This document shows positions 27,191-36,895 of a DNA stretch of 64,000 bases, piece by piece. The DNA is from Candidatus Fervidifonticultor secundus. Its GTDB lineage: Bacteria > Sysuimicrobiota > Sysuimicrobiia > Sysuimicrobiales > Humicultoraceae. Made by a program: the position numbers and the translations under genes. Where the stretch lies: positions 128,001 to 192,000 of the forward strand of contig JAVKIP010000001.1 in the NCBI GenBank assembly GCA_031459385.1, in the 5' to 3' direction. The notes below the pieces were generated by a model, which did no database searches, was not told the origin of the DNA, and saw only the letters and a program-made list of their open reading frames with translations. Within the stretch, counting starts at the first letter, position 1, and every line of letters starts with the position of its first letter.

Positions 27191-28129
27191 GTGCGCGTGA
27201 TCATCGACACCGATCCAGGCATCGACGACACCGCGGCCATCTTCCTCGGGCTGGCGGCGGGGCTGCAGGTGGAGGCCGTCACCACGGTCTTCGGCAACAC
27301 GGACGTCGAGCACTGCACGCGCAACGCGCTCGTCGTCCTCGAAGCCGCTGGCCGCCCGGACATCCCCGTGCACCCCGGGGCGGCGGGGCCGTTGATTCGC
27401 GAGCCCACCTACGGAAGGGCGATTCACGGAGAGAACGGGCTCGGCGACATCGAGGTGCCGGCGCCGGCACAGGCGCCCGCCCCGGGAGGTGCCGTGGAGG
27501 CGATCATCCAGCGGGTCCTCCAGGCGCCCGGCGAGATCACGCTGCTCGCCCTGGGGCCGCTCACCAACGTCGCGCTGGCGCTGGCCGCCGAGCCCCGCCT
27601 GGCCCGCGCGGTGCGCCGCATCGTGGTCATGGGCGGCGCCGTGCTCACCTGGGGCAACGTCACGCCGGCCGCCTCCGCCAACCTCTACAACGACCCCGAG
27701 GCGGCGCGGCTCGTGTACCGGTCGGGCGCGCCGCTGGCGCAGGTGGGGCTCGACGTCTGCCGGCCGACGGTGATTCCCGCAGACCACCTGGCGCGGCTGC
27801 GGCAGGCGCCGCATCCCGCGGTCGGGCTGCTGCTGCGGGTCACCCCCTTCATCCAGGAGGCGTACCGCCGGCGGGGCATCGCGGCGGTGGCCGGCGGCGG
27901 CGTGCAGTACAACGACGTGGTCTGCATGGCCTACGCACTGCGCCCCGCCCTGTTCCGGACGCGACACCTCCCCGTGGACATCGAGACGCAGGGGGCGCTG
28001 ACGGCGGGTGCCACCGTGGCGGACTTCGACGGCCGGTGGGGGCGGCCCGCCAACGCCGACGTCGCCCTCGAGGTCGACGCCGCGGGCGTGGCCGACTTCT
28101 TCACGGAGACGCTGCTGGCCTGGCGGTAG
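27191..28129 (+). CDS. Nucleoside hydrolase (IUNH family)
   Basis: DTDPGIDD Ca-binding motif, HGENGLG, LGPLTNVALA, MGG, DPEAA. Confidence 0.92.
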   Translation: MRVIIDTDPGIDDTAAIFLGLAAGLQVEAVTTVFGNTDVEHCTRNALVVLEAAGRPDIPVHPGAAGPLIREPTYGRAIHGENGLGDIEVPAPAQAPAPGGAVEAIIQRVLQAPGEITLLALGPLTNVALALAAEPRLARAVRRIVVMGGAVLTWGNVTPAASANLYNDPEAARLVYRSGAPLAQVGLDVCRPTVIPADHLARLRQAPHPAVGLLLRVTPFIQEAYRRRGIAAVAGGGVQYNDVVCMAYALRPALFRTRHLPVDIETQGALTAGATVADFDGRWGRPANADVALEVDAAGVADFFTETLLAWR

Positions 28130-28157
28130 CGGCGCAGCGCACGAAGGAGGTGCAGCC

Positions 28158-28955
28158 GTGCGACTGGCGGGGAAGGTGGCGGTCATCACCGGGGGCGCGC
28201 AGGGTATCGGGCTGGCGATCGCCAGGCGGTTTGGGGCCGAAGGTGCGGCGGTCGTCGTCGCTGATATCGACGAGGCGCGTGGTGCGGCGGCGGCCGCGTC
28301 GCTGCGCGACCGGGGAACGCAGGCGGTGTTCGAGCCCACCGACGTGTCGGACGCCGGGCAGGTCGCCCGGCTCTTCGCCCGCGCGGCGGAGACGTTGGGC
28401 AGGGTGGACGTGTTGGTGAACAACGCAGGCCTGGTCCACGGCCCCGCGGTCGAGCGCCACTTCCTCGACACCGACGAGGCGACCTGGGACCGCGTGATGG
28501 CCGTGAACCTCAAGGGCGTCTACCTCTGCTCCTGGCACGCCGCCCGCTACATGGTGGCCCGCCGCGCCGGCTGCATCATCAGCATGAGTTCGTGCGGCGC
28601 CACGCGTGCTCACCGCCACCGGGTGGCCTATGACGCGGCGAAGGGCGCGATCGAGGCCGCCACCCGCGCCATGGCCCTCGACCTGGCCCCGTGGGGCATC
28701 CGCGTGAACGCCATCGCGCCGGGCGCGATCGCCGTGGAACGCCGCAGCCCGGTGGGCGAGGAAGGGCAGGTGGCCGTCGGCGACGTCATCCCGCTGGCGC
28801 GTCTGGGCACGGGCGACGATGTGGCAGGCGCTGCGGTCTACCTGGCCTCCGACGACGCCGCCTACCTGACGGGGGTCGTCATTACCGTCGACGGGGGTCT
28901 GTCAGCGCAGCTGCGGTCGCCGGCGGTCGACGTCAAGGTCGCGGTGGCCGGGTAG
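28158..28955 (+). CDS. Short-chain dehydrogenase/reductase
   Basis: GTG start with AAGGAGG SD; TGGAQGIG, NNAG, YDAAK. Confidence 0.92.
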   Translation: MRLAGKVAVITGGAQGIGLAIARRFGAEGAAVVVADIDEARGAAAAASLRDRGTQAVFEPTDVSDAGQVARLFARAAETLGRVDVLVNNAGLVHGPAVERHFLDTDEATWDRVMAVNLKGVYLCSWHAARYMVARRAGCIISMSSCGATRAHRHRVAYDAAKGAIEAATRAMALDLAPWGIRVNAIAPGAIAVERRSPVGEEGQVAVGDVIPLARLGTGDDVAGAAVYLASDDAAYLTGVVITVDGGLSAQLRSPAVDVKVAVAG

Positions 28956-28971
28956 GGGCCCGCACCATCGG

Positions 28972-30132
28972 TCACTCGTGCGGTGCGGGGTCGATCTGCG
29001 TGGGCACAGCCCCTCCGATGGCGACGTGACCCCTTCGCATCGACGTGGAGTTTCGTTGCTCCGCATGGTTTCGGATGAGGGCCAGGGTGCGGTAGACGGC
29101 GTGGATGAACTTGCCGTGGGCTGCCGTCACGTACAGCGCCGCGACGAAACCGAGGTGAACCGCAAGGGTCATCCCCATCAGGACCGTCTCCCGCAGGGAG
29201 AGCGTCAGCATCCCCGTCACGTTGGTCATCCCGAGGATGGACAGGAACAGGTAGTCGCTGGCGATCGATGCGCGAGCCGACGGCTCCTGGTCGCTCCCAC
29301 GCTTTGCGTGCCAGAGGCCCACGCATCCCGCGATCATGGCCAGGCCGCCGACCGTTCCCAGGACGACCGGGAGGCTCAGGAGCGGGTAGGGAGGCAACCG
29401 TCCCAGCAGCTCTTGATAGATGGCTGCGGATGTCGTGGAGGCGAAAGCGGCGATGAACCCGTAGAAGACCAGACCGTGGAAGACGCGACGGCTGTGGGAT
29501 GGACGCTCGGTTGGATAGGGGCAACCACCCCCGCCCCCGCGCAGCCATCGCATGCGCAGGACGTCCCAGGCGGCTAACGCGAGGTCGCGCGCACGCACGG
29601 GGATGGCAGCGGAACCGGATTCGCGCCAGAACTGGACGCCGGCGATACCCCAGATGCCCAGCCAGTAGCCCCCGAGGCCCAGGCCTACCGCGAGCATGAC
29701 CCAGTGCGGGATGACCCGGTAGAAGGCCCCCGGACCCGTGTGGACCATGAACAACCGGGGGCCTGCGATCCACGCCGCCAGAGCCGTGACGATGAGCATC
29801 ACTCCAGCCACGGCGCCGACGGCGGCTTTGGCATCACGGTAGAGAAAACGCATGAATCCTGGCCAGGTATGCGCCTGGTAGGTTTCGCCCCGCACGTCGG
29901 CCAGGACCCGCGGGATGTTCACCGCAAACTCATGGGGCGGAGCATACATGCAGGCGTAGTAGCAAGCGCGGCAGTCGTGACAGAGGCTGGCGAGGTAGAC
30001 GATGTCACCATCCGCAACGGCGCGGCGGAGTTCCAGCGCAGGAAAGACCGCGCAGAAGCCCTCGCAGTACCTGCAGGCGTTGCAGATCGTCAGCTGGCGC
30101 TGGGCGTCTTGTAGTACCTCAGCGCGTCGCAT
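28972..30132 (-). CDS. tcuB: TcuB-like 4Fe-4S membrane protein
   Basis: CNACRYCEGFCAVF, CHDCRACYYAC.YAPPHEF, RWL.GGG.GC, GKF.H. Confidence 0.9.
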   Translation of the reverse strand: MRRAEVLQDAQRQLTICNACRYCEGFCAVFPALELRRAVADGDIVYLASLCHDCRACYYACMYAPPHEFAVNIPRVLADVRGETYQAHTWPGFMRFLYRDAKAAVGAVAGVMLIVTALAAWIAGPRLFMVHTGPGAFYRVIPHWVMLAVGLGLGGYWLGIWGIAGVQFWRESGSAAIPVRARDLALAAWDVLRMRWLRGGGGGCPYPTERPSHSRRVFHGLVFYGFIAAFASTTSAAIYQELLGRLPPYPLLSLPVVLGTVGGLAMIAGCVGLWHAKRGSDQEPSARASIASDYLFLSILGMTNVTGMLTLSLRETVLMGMTLAVHLGFVAALYVTAAHGKFIHAVYRTLALIRNHAEQRNSTSMRRGHVAIGGAVPTQIDPAPHE

Positions 30133-31522
30133 GCCTGACCGCTTCCGTACCGGCTATGCGTCCAAACACCGTCCCGATGGTCATACCGATGCCCGCGAGG
30201 TACCCACGGGTGAGGATGTTGCCTGCCATGATCTCGCCGGCTGCGTAGAGATTTCGAAAGGGGGTGCCGTCCTTTTGCAGGACGCGCGCGCAAGCGTCGG
30301 CGGCGACACCCAGGTACGTGAACGTGATGCCCGGGCGCGTGGGAAAGGCGTGGAACGGCGGGTGTTCGATCGGTAGCGCCCAGTTGCTCTTGGGCGGGTG
30401 GAGGCCGCGTGTGCTCGCTCCGTCGAGGACGTCGGGTTGGATGTGCGTGTTGTGGCGGGTCGCCTGGTTGAACTCCTCGACGGTCCGCACGAACTCCATG
30501 CGGTCGAGGCCAAACTGCGCGTCGAGCTGACCGGCGAGGTCGACGAGTGATCGGGCTGTCAGCGGGGGAAACATCGGGGGAATGAAGCCGTCGATGGTGC
30601 GTGCGTCGAGTACCGCAAACGCGATCTGGCCCGGCTGCTGGGCGATGAGCCTGCCCCAGATCGCGTACCGCTTCGGCCACAGGTCCTCGCCCTCGTCGTA
30701 GAAGCGCCTGCCGAGGCGGTTGACGACGATGCCCAGGGGAATCGCGTCGACCCGCGTGGCAATGCCGCCGTCGTACTTGGGAGCGCGGGCGTCCACGGCG
30801 ACGCCATGGAACTCGCGAGGATCTCCCACGGCGAGGGCGCCCTTGCCGAGCAGGAGGTGCAGCAGTGTCCCGTCGTTGTACGGTGTGCCGCGCACGATGA
30901 AGTTCCTGGCCGCCGGCCCCCAGTGGTCCGAGAGCCAGTCCAGGTTGGCCTCGAAGCCACCGGCGGCGATCACGGCAGCCTTGCCACGGATCACTCCCCC
31001 GTCGGCGGTGACCACACCCTCCAGGTGCGGACCGTCCAGGAGCAGGTCGACGACGCCGGTGTCGTAGAGGACGTCCACGCCCAGGCGCGCGATGCGGTCG
31101 TAGTAGGCGTTGAGGAGAGCTTTGCCGCCGCCCAGGAAGAAGAGGTTCGTGCGACTCAGCGCGAGGGTGCCGGCGATCGGTGCCTGCCACCTGGCACCGC
31201 GTGCCGCCATCCAGTGCGGTACGTCTCTGGACGCCTGTACCAGCAACCGGGTCAGGTCGTGGTTGAGCGGGGTGCCAGTGACACCGATCAGGTCCTCCAG
31301 AAACTCGGCCTCCGTGTACACGCCCGTCATGTAGGAGACCTGGGCATCGTGGGCGCAGCGCAGATTGCGCGTGTGACGGCTGTTCCCGCCCCGCATGTGC
31401 TGGGGGGCGCGTTCCAGGACGATGACCCTGGCACCCTGCTCCCGGGCCGCAAGGGCCGCACAGAGGGCTGCATTGCCGCCGCCGACGACGATGACGTCGT
31501 ACTCGGACGAGGCGCGCGACAC
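30119..31522 (-). CDS. tcuA: TcuA/CobZ-like FAD-dependent dehydrogenase
   Basis: GGGNAALCAA, RGGNSRHTRN.RC.H, LSRTN.FFLGGGKAL, WPKRYAIWG, GITFTYLG. Probable GTG start at 31522. Confidence 0.9.
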   Translation of the reverse strand: MSRASSEYDVIVVGGGNAALCAALAAREQGARVIVLERAPQHMRGGNSRHTRNLRCAHDAQVSYMTGVYTEAEFLEDLIGVTGTPLNHDLTRLLVQASRDVPHWMAARGARWQAPIAGTLALSRTNLFFLGGGKALLNAYYDRIARLGVDVLYDTGVVDLLLDGPHLEGVVTADGGVIRGKAAVIAAGGFEANLDWLSDHWGPAARNFIVRGTPYNDGTLLHLLLGKGALAVGDPREFHGVAVDARAPKYDGGIATRVDAIPLGIVVNRLGRRFYDEGEDLWPKRYAIWGRLIAQQPGQIAFAVLDARTIDGFIPPMFPPLTARSLVDLAGQLDAQFGLDRMEFVRTVEEFNQATRHNTHIQPDVLDGASTRGLHPPKSNWALPIEHPPFHAFPTRPGITFTYLGVAADACARVLQKDGTPFRNLYAAGEIMAGNILTRGYLAGIGMTIGTVFGRIAGTEAVRHATR

Positions 31523-31524
31523 CG

Positions 31525-32190
31525 TCAGGCGCCCGTGCTGGCTGTGGCTGCAGCTCCTCGGTTCATGCGCATGCGTATCATGTGCGCCCGGGCCATGTGT
31601 TGGTGCGCGATGTGGGCGGCGCGTTCCGCGTCGCCCCGCTTGATGGCGTCCAGGAGCTCGCGGTGTTCCCCCAGCGCCTCTTCCGCCCGACCGGGATAGG
31701 TGAGCGTCGTGCCCTGCCGGCGCGCGATCAGGAGCCGGATTCTGTCGAGCTGCCGCGCCAAGTAGCGGTTGCGGGACGCTCGCCAGATGACGGCGTGGAA
31801 CTCGGCGTTCAACCGGGCCAGCGTCGCGACGTCGCCGTCGCGAAAACTCTGCTCCATCTCGCGGGAGAGTTCTTCGAGCAGATACAACTCGGCGCTCGTG
31901 ACCGAGCCAGCTGCGAGCCGTGCTGCGAGGCTTTCCAGGGCCTCGCGGATGACGCACAACTCCGACAGCTCGTCGTAGGGTGGCTCACGCACGATCACCC
32001 CGCGGCGCGGCCCGGTCGCCACGAGACCCTCCGCCTGCAGGCGTCGCAACGCCTCCCGCACGGGTGTTCGGCTCACCTTGAGCTCGGTGGCGATCGTCTC
32101 TTCGCGCAACGGGTCGCCCGGCGCGAAGACGCCCCGACGCATGGCATCCATTAGCCAATCATACACTCTGTCCACGACCGAGGCGTTCAT
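31525..32190 (-). CDS. GntR family (FCD) transcriptional regulator
   Basis: VSRTPVREALRRLQAEGLV HTH; FH..I...SRN and EH..LL.AI FCD motifs. Confidence 0.92.
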   Translation of the reverse strand: MNASVVDRVYDWLMDAMRRGVFAPGDPLREETIATELKVSRTPVREALRRLQAEGLVATGPRRGVIVREPPYDELSELCVIREALESLAARLAAGSVTSAELYLLEELSREMEQSFRDGDVATLARLNAEFHAVIWRASRNRYLARQLDRIRLLIARRQGTTLTYPGRAEEALGEHRELLDAIKRGDAERAAHIAHQHMARAHMIRMRMNRGAAATASTGA

Positions 32191-32280
32191 GGTGACATCA
32201 GGGCTCCCACGTATCGTGGCGATCCGGTTCACCGCCTGGCCGGCACGTCGTTGGGGCATTCGCCCGGATCGTCACACCCG

Positions 32281-32340
32281 CAAATTGTACACATGACTCG
32301 CAGTCTTGACAAGTTTTGACTTGATTTGTATACATCTTCA
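32281..32340. promoter_or_regulatory. AT-rich divergent promoter region with two GntR-type operator-like sites
   Basis: TTGTACACAT (32285-32294) and TTGTATACAT (32326-32335) with palindromic core TGTATACA; TTGACA at 32306-32311. Confidence 0.6.
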
Positions 32341-32488
32341 CTAGAGGGGGGCCTACGTCTCGAGAACCTTCAAGCGGGTTGTCTGGCATCGCATCGCCGA
32401 CGAGACGGGCCAGGCCGGGTCGGCCGGTGTGCCTTCATCGCGTGATCGGTGGAGGGCGACAATCGGTTTGTGTGAAGGGAGGACGACC

Positions 32489-34018
32489 ATGCTGCGCGTG
32501 TTCGTTGTCCTGGCTGCCATGGTCTTCGTGCTGGCGGGCCTGAGCCAGGCCCAGCAGTCCCCGTCCCAGCCGCAGGCCGGGGGTGTCCTGCGCCACGCAC
32601 GCAACCTCGACGCCAAGACGCTGGACCCGCACTTCTCGGTCCAGTGGTCGGAGCGCTACGTCCTCTACGCACTCTATAACACCCTGGTCGGGCTCGACAA
32701 GGATTTCAACGTGGTGCCGGAACTCGCCGAGTCGTGGGCGGTGTCCGACGACGGAAAGGCGATCACGTTCAGGCTGCGCCGCGGCGTCAGGTTTCACGAC
32801 GGGACCGAGTTCACCGCGGAGGTCGTCAAGTGGAACATCGACCGCATCCTCAGCCCTGAAACGCGGTCGCCGCTGCGCTCGCTCATCGCCCCCTATATGG
32901 ACGCCGTCGTGGTCGTGGATCCGGCAACGGTGCGCTTCGATCTGAAGGCGCCGTTCCGCCCCCTCCTGGCGGCACTCGCCGAGCGCCCGGGCTTCATGGT
33001 CTCCCCGGCGGCCGTGCGTCGGTTCGGACGGGAGTTCGGCCGGAACCCGGTGGGCACCGGTCCGTTCCGGTTCGTCGAATGGATCCCCGACCAGCGGATC
33101 GTGGTACAGCGGTTCGATGGCTACTGGGAGCGGGGCAAGCCCTACCTGAACCGGATCGAGTATCTGCACGTGCCCGAGAAGCAGGTGCAGCTCACAGCGC
33201 TGCGCACCGGCGAGGCCGATATTCTCGACGAGATCAGCCCCACGCTGGTGCCGCTTGTGCGCAACACCCCCAATATCAAGGTCGTCGAGCACCCCAGTTC
33301 TCGGTTCGTGGGCTGGCAGTGGGACCTGGACAAGCCTCCGTTCAACAACGCCAAGCTGCGTGCGGCGCTGGCCCATGCCGTCGATCGGGACGAGGTCCGG
33401 AAGGTCGTCTTCGCCAACACGGGCCGCACCGCGACGCATCCGGAAGGGGGCGGGTGGTGGTACAATCCCGAGCTCGACCGGCTCGGCTACCGCTACGATC
33501 CACAGCGGGCCAAGACCCTGCTGGCTGAGGCCGGGTATGCCGGCGGTTTCACGCATACGATGGTGGTGCCGGACGAGCAGTTCTGGAAGGAACTGGCGCA
33601 GGTTCTCCAGGCCCAGCTCGGTCGCATCGGCGTCAGGGTGAACCTCGAGCTCGTCAACCCGGCCGACTCCTACCGGATGGTGGTGGAAGACAAGATCAAC
33701 TGGACACCGACCCGATGGGCACCACGCGCCGATCCCCATGGGCGTCTGAGCATCCTGTTCCACAGCAAGGGATTCGCCAACAGCACGGGGTACGCGAACC
33801 CCCGCGTCGACGAGTTGATCGACAGGGCTGCGACGCTGTATGACAAGAGGGCTGCGAAGACCATGTACAAAGAAGTCGAGCGCATGGTCATGGCGGATGC
33901 GCCCTACGTCTACCTCGTCTGGCCGTCGGAGTTTGCGGCCATGCATCAGCGGGTCCAGAACTTCGTGTGGATTCCCGATCTGATCCTGCGCCTGCGGGAC
34001 TTGTGGCTGGCCCGATAG
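32489..34018 (+). CDS. Peptide/nickel-type (family 5) ABC substrate-binding protein
   Basis: Signal peptide; PELAESW, F.LR.GV.FHDG, PVGTGPF. Confidence 0.92.
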   Translation: MLRVFVVLAAMVFVLAGLSQAQQSPSQPQAGGVLRHARNLDAKTLDPHFSVQWSERYVLYALYNTLVGLDKDFNVVPELAESWAVSDDGKAITFRLRRGVRFHDGTEFTAEVVKWNIDRILSPETRSPLRSLIAPYMDAVVVVDPATVRFDLKAPFRPLLAALAERPGFMVSPAAVRRFGREFGRNPVGTGPFRFVEWIPDQRIVVQRFDGYWERGKPYLNRIEYLHVPEKQVQLTALRTGEADILDEISPTLVPLVRNTPNIKVVEHPSSRFVGWQWDLDKPPFNNAKLRAALAHAVDRDEVRKVVFANTGRTATHPEGGGWWYNPELDRLGYRYDPQRAKTLLAEAGYAGGFTHTMVVPDEQFWKELAQVLQAQLGRIGVRVNLELVNPADSYRMVVEDKINWTPTRWAPRADPHGRLSILFHSKGFANSTGYANPRVDELIDRAATLYDKRAAKTMYKEVERMVMADAPYVYLVWPSEFAAMHQRVQNFVWIPDLILRLRDLWLAR

Positions 34019-34122
34019 GCGTCGTGCTCCGTGCCCGCGGGGCGGGCGGCGGGGTTCGTGCGCGTGGGGAGGCAAGGTGAACTGCGCGTGGCGCTTCCGC
34101 CGCGCGAACCCGGCGGCCTCGC

Positions 34123-35067
34123 ATGACCCGGTACATCGTCGGCCGGCTGGTCAGCGCGGCCCCGGTGCTCCTCATCCTGTCCCTGATTGTCTTCGTCCTC
34201 ATGCGGGTGGTGCTGGGCGATCCGGTTCTGCTGATGCTCGGCCAGGAGGTAGACCTGAGGCTGGCGCAGCAACTGCGTCAGGAACTGGGATACACCCGGC
34301 CTGTGGTGATCCAGTACCTGGACTGGCTGGGCCACGTGCTCCGCGGCGACCTGGGATGGTCGAGCCGGACGCCGTTCAGGGTCTCGGAACTCATCCTGCT
34401 GCGTCTGCCCACCACGCTGCTGCTGGCGTTCCTCGCCCTGGGGCTGGCCCTGGCCGTTGCCGTTCCGGCGGGCGTCCTGGCGTCGCTTCACCATGGCCGG
34501 CGCCTCGACACCACTATCTCCGTGGGTGTCGTCTTTGGGCTCTCGATGCCGAACTTCTGGCTCGGTATTGTGCTGATCTTCCTGTTTGCCCTGAAGCTAC
34601 GCTGGTTGCCTTCCTCGGGATACGTGAGCCCCGCCCACGATCTGCTGGGGTTTGCCCGTTTCATGCTCCTGCCGGTGTGCACCCTCAGCGTGAGCTATAT
34701 GGCGAGCCTGACCCGGTACGTCCGGGCGACGATGCTCGACGTCTTTCGCGAGCAGTACGTGCTCGTCGCGCGGTCCAAGGGGCTGACCGCCACCGCCGTG
34801 GTGCTCAGGCATGCGTTCAAGAACTCGTTGATTCCCGTGATTACGCTGATCGGCCTGAATCTCGCGGGGCTGTTCAGCGGTGCGGTCGTCACCGAAACGG
34901 TCTTTGCCCTGCCGGGGGTAGGGACGCTGCTGTTCAACGCGATCCTCGGGCGGGACCTCCCCGTCGTTCAGGGCGTGGTGATCCTGGTGAGTGTTGCGGT
35001 GCTGCTGATCAACATCGTGGTCGACGTGCTCTATGCCTACGTGGACCCGCGGATCCGATACCGGTAG
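34123..35067 (+). CDS. Peptide-type ABC permease (DppB-like)
   Basis: QY..WL..VL.GDLG, ARSKGL, VVTETVFALPG.G. Confidence 0.92.
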   Translation: MTRYIVGRLVSAAPVLLILSLIVFVLMRVVLGDPVLLMLGQEVDLRLAQQLRQELGYTRPVVIQYLDWLGHVLRGDLGWSSRTPFRVSELILLRLPTTLLLAFLALGLALAVAVPAGVLASLHHGRRLDTTISVGVVFGLSMPNFWLGIVLIFLFALKLRWLPSSGYVSPAHDLLGFARFMLLPVCTLSVSYMASLTRYVRATMLDVFREQYVLVARSKGLTATAVVLRHAFKNSLIPVITLIGLNLAGLFSGAVVTETVFALPGVGTLLFNAILGRDLPVVQGVVILVSVAVLLINIVVDVLYAYVDPRIRYR

Positions 35068-35076
35068 GCCGCGGCT

Positions 35077-35997
35077 GTGACGCGTCCGGCCGCCCGTGTC
35101 ATGTCGCCCGAGCTCGGGCACGCGTGGGCAGGCCCGTGGAGCCGCCTGCTGCGGGGGCTCCTGGGACGTCCACGTCTGGCAGTCGGCGCTGGCCTCGTCA
35201 TGGTGCTGGCCGGAGGTGCCGCCCTGGGGCCGTACGTCATCCCGCACCATCCGCTCGCGGCCGACTTCTCCGCTGTCCTGGCGCCGCCCAGCAGGGTGCA
35301 CCCGCTGGGCACCGACCGACTGGGGCGCGACCTGCTGAGTCGTAGCGTGCACGGGGGCCGTGTCTCGCTCACGGTCGGAGCCCTGTCCGTCGTGGTGGGG
35401 ATGTGCCTGGGTGTCCCCATCGGGTTGGTGAGCGGGTACCTGGGGGGATGGGCCGATGGGCTCTTGATGCGGCTGGCGGATGCGATGCTCATCCTCCCCG
35501 GGCTGATCCTGGCCGCTACCATCGCGCTGTTCCTTGGTCCGAGCCTCGCCAACGTGACCCTGGCGATTGGCCTGGTGCGATGGCCGGTCTTTGCACGGTT
35601 GGTACGCGGTCAGGTGCTCACCATCAAGGAGCGTGAATACGTGGTGGCCGCGCGTGCGATCGGGGCCCCGACCAGCCGGATTCTCGCCCGCCACGTGCTG
35701 CCGAACGCGAGCACCGTTGTCACCGTCGAAGCGACGTTGAGCGCAGGCTTCGCGATGTTCACCGAGGCCAGTCTGAGCTTCCTGGGGGTGGGCGTCCCCC
35801 CGCCGACCCCGACCTGGGGCGGCATGTTGAGAGAAGGGTACAGTTATCTGGAACTGGCGCCGTGGGCAAGTCTCGTGCCGGGTGCTGCGCTGTTCCTTGG
35901 CATCTTTGCGTTCAACTTTCTCGGTGACGGGCTACGCGATCTTGCCGACCCGGCGGTGCGGCGTCTGCACCGGCGCGCGGTAGAGAGGAGGGAGTGA
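35077..35997 (+). CDS. Peptide-type ABC permease (DppC-like)
   Basis: HPLGTD.LGRD, EYV.AARAIGA, LSFLG.G...P.P.WG. Start may be ATG 35101. Confidence 0.92.
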   Translation: MTRPAARVMSPELGHAWAGPWSRLLRGLLGRPRLAVGAGLVMVLAGGAALGPYVIPHHPLAADFSAVLAPPSRVHPLGTDRLGRDLLSRSVHGGRVSLTVGALSVVVGMCLGVPIGLVSGYLGGWADGLLMRLADAMLILPGLILAATIALFLGPSLANVTLAIGLVRWPVFARLVRGQVLTIKEREYVVAARAIGAPTSRILARHVLPNASTVVTVEATLSAGFAMFTEASLSFLGVGVPPPTPTWGGMLREGYSYLELAPWASLVPGAALFLGIFAFNFLGDGLRDLADPAVRRLHRRAVERRE

Positions 35998-36449
35998 TGC
36001 GGAGGATCGAGGTGGTGCTCGATGATGTTACAGCCACGGCGGAGCTCCTGGAGCGTGACGCCCCCAGGACCGTGGAGCGCCTCTGGCAGCTCCTGCCCAT
36101 CCACGACCGCACGATCCACGTGCGCTGGTCTGGTGCGGCCTGGCGCACCGAAAAGAACTACCCTCTGCAGATCGGCGAACTCGAGAATCCGGTTACCTGG
36201 CTCGAACCCGGCGACATCGCCTACTACGACGACCCGCGGTACGGGCTCTACAAGGTTGCCGTCTGCTACGGCCGGTCCCAGTGGCGAGACGAGAAGGGGG
36301 AACTGTACGTCACCCGCCTCGGACGCATCGTCGACAACCTGCAGCCGTTCATCGCGCGTTGCGAGCAGATCCTGTACCAGGGACCGAAGGCAGTCATCAT
36401 CCGGCCCGCGCGGGGAGGCGAGGGAGGCCAGGAGGTGGACCGACGGTGA
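35997..36449 (+). CDS. DUF3830 / cyclophilin-like fold protein 1
   Basis: AP.TV..LW..LP, HVRWSG, EN......PGDI, YG motifs. Confidence 0.75.
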   Translation: MRRIEVVLDDVTATAELLERDAPRTVERLWQLLPIHDRTIHVRWSGAAWRTEKNYPLQIGELENPVTWLEPGDIAYYDDPRYGLYKVAVCYGRSQWRDEKGELYVTRLGRIVDNLQPFIARCEQILYQGPKAVIIRPARGGEGGQEVDRR

Positions 36450-36895
36450 GACGTATCGAGATCGAACTGGACGGTGTCGTGGTGCGTGCCGCGCTCGACG
36501 ACGAGGCGGCGCCGGTCACGGTTGCGAAGCTGTGGGACTGCCTCCCGTTTCAGGATCGGGTGACGCATGCGAAGTGGTCTGGGGAGATGTTTCACACCAA
36601 CTCCCCGGTTCCGATAGATCTCGAAGGGAAGCAGTGGCCGATGGGTGTGGAGAACCCCGTCGGGTTCCAGGCGCCAGGCGACATCGTGTACCTGCCTGCC
36701 ATTCAGGAGCTCGCCATCGCCTACGGCGAGGCGCGGTTCTCATGGGTGCTGGGCCCGATGCTGGTCACCGGCCTGGGGCGCATCGAGGATGATCTGACGC
36801 GGTTCGCCCAGAAGGCCGAGCGACTGCAGTGGGAAGGGGCGAAACTGTTGGTGATGCGGCGAGTCGAGGACGAGCCGCGTGGAGGCGCGTCATGA
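36446..36895 (+). CDS. DUF3830 / cyclophilin-like fold protein 2
   Basis: GTG overlapping the upstream stop; AP.TV..LW..LP, HAKWSGE, EN......PGDI, IAYG. Confidence 0.75.
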   Translation: MRRIEIELDGVVVRAALDDEAAPVTVAKLWDCLPFQDRVTHAKWSGEMFHTNSPVPIDLEGKQWPMGVENPVGFQAPGDIVYLPAIQELAIAYGEARFSWVLGPMLVTGLGRIEDDLTRFAQKAERLQWEGAKLLVMRRVEDEPRGGAS

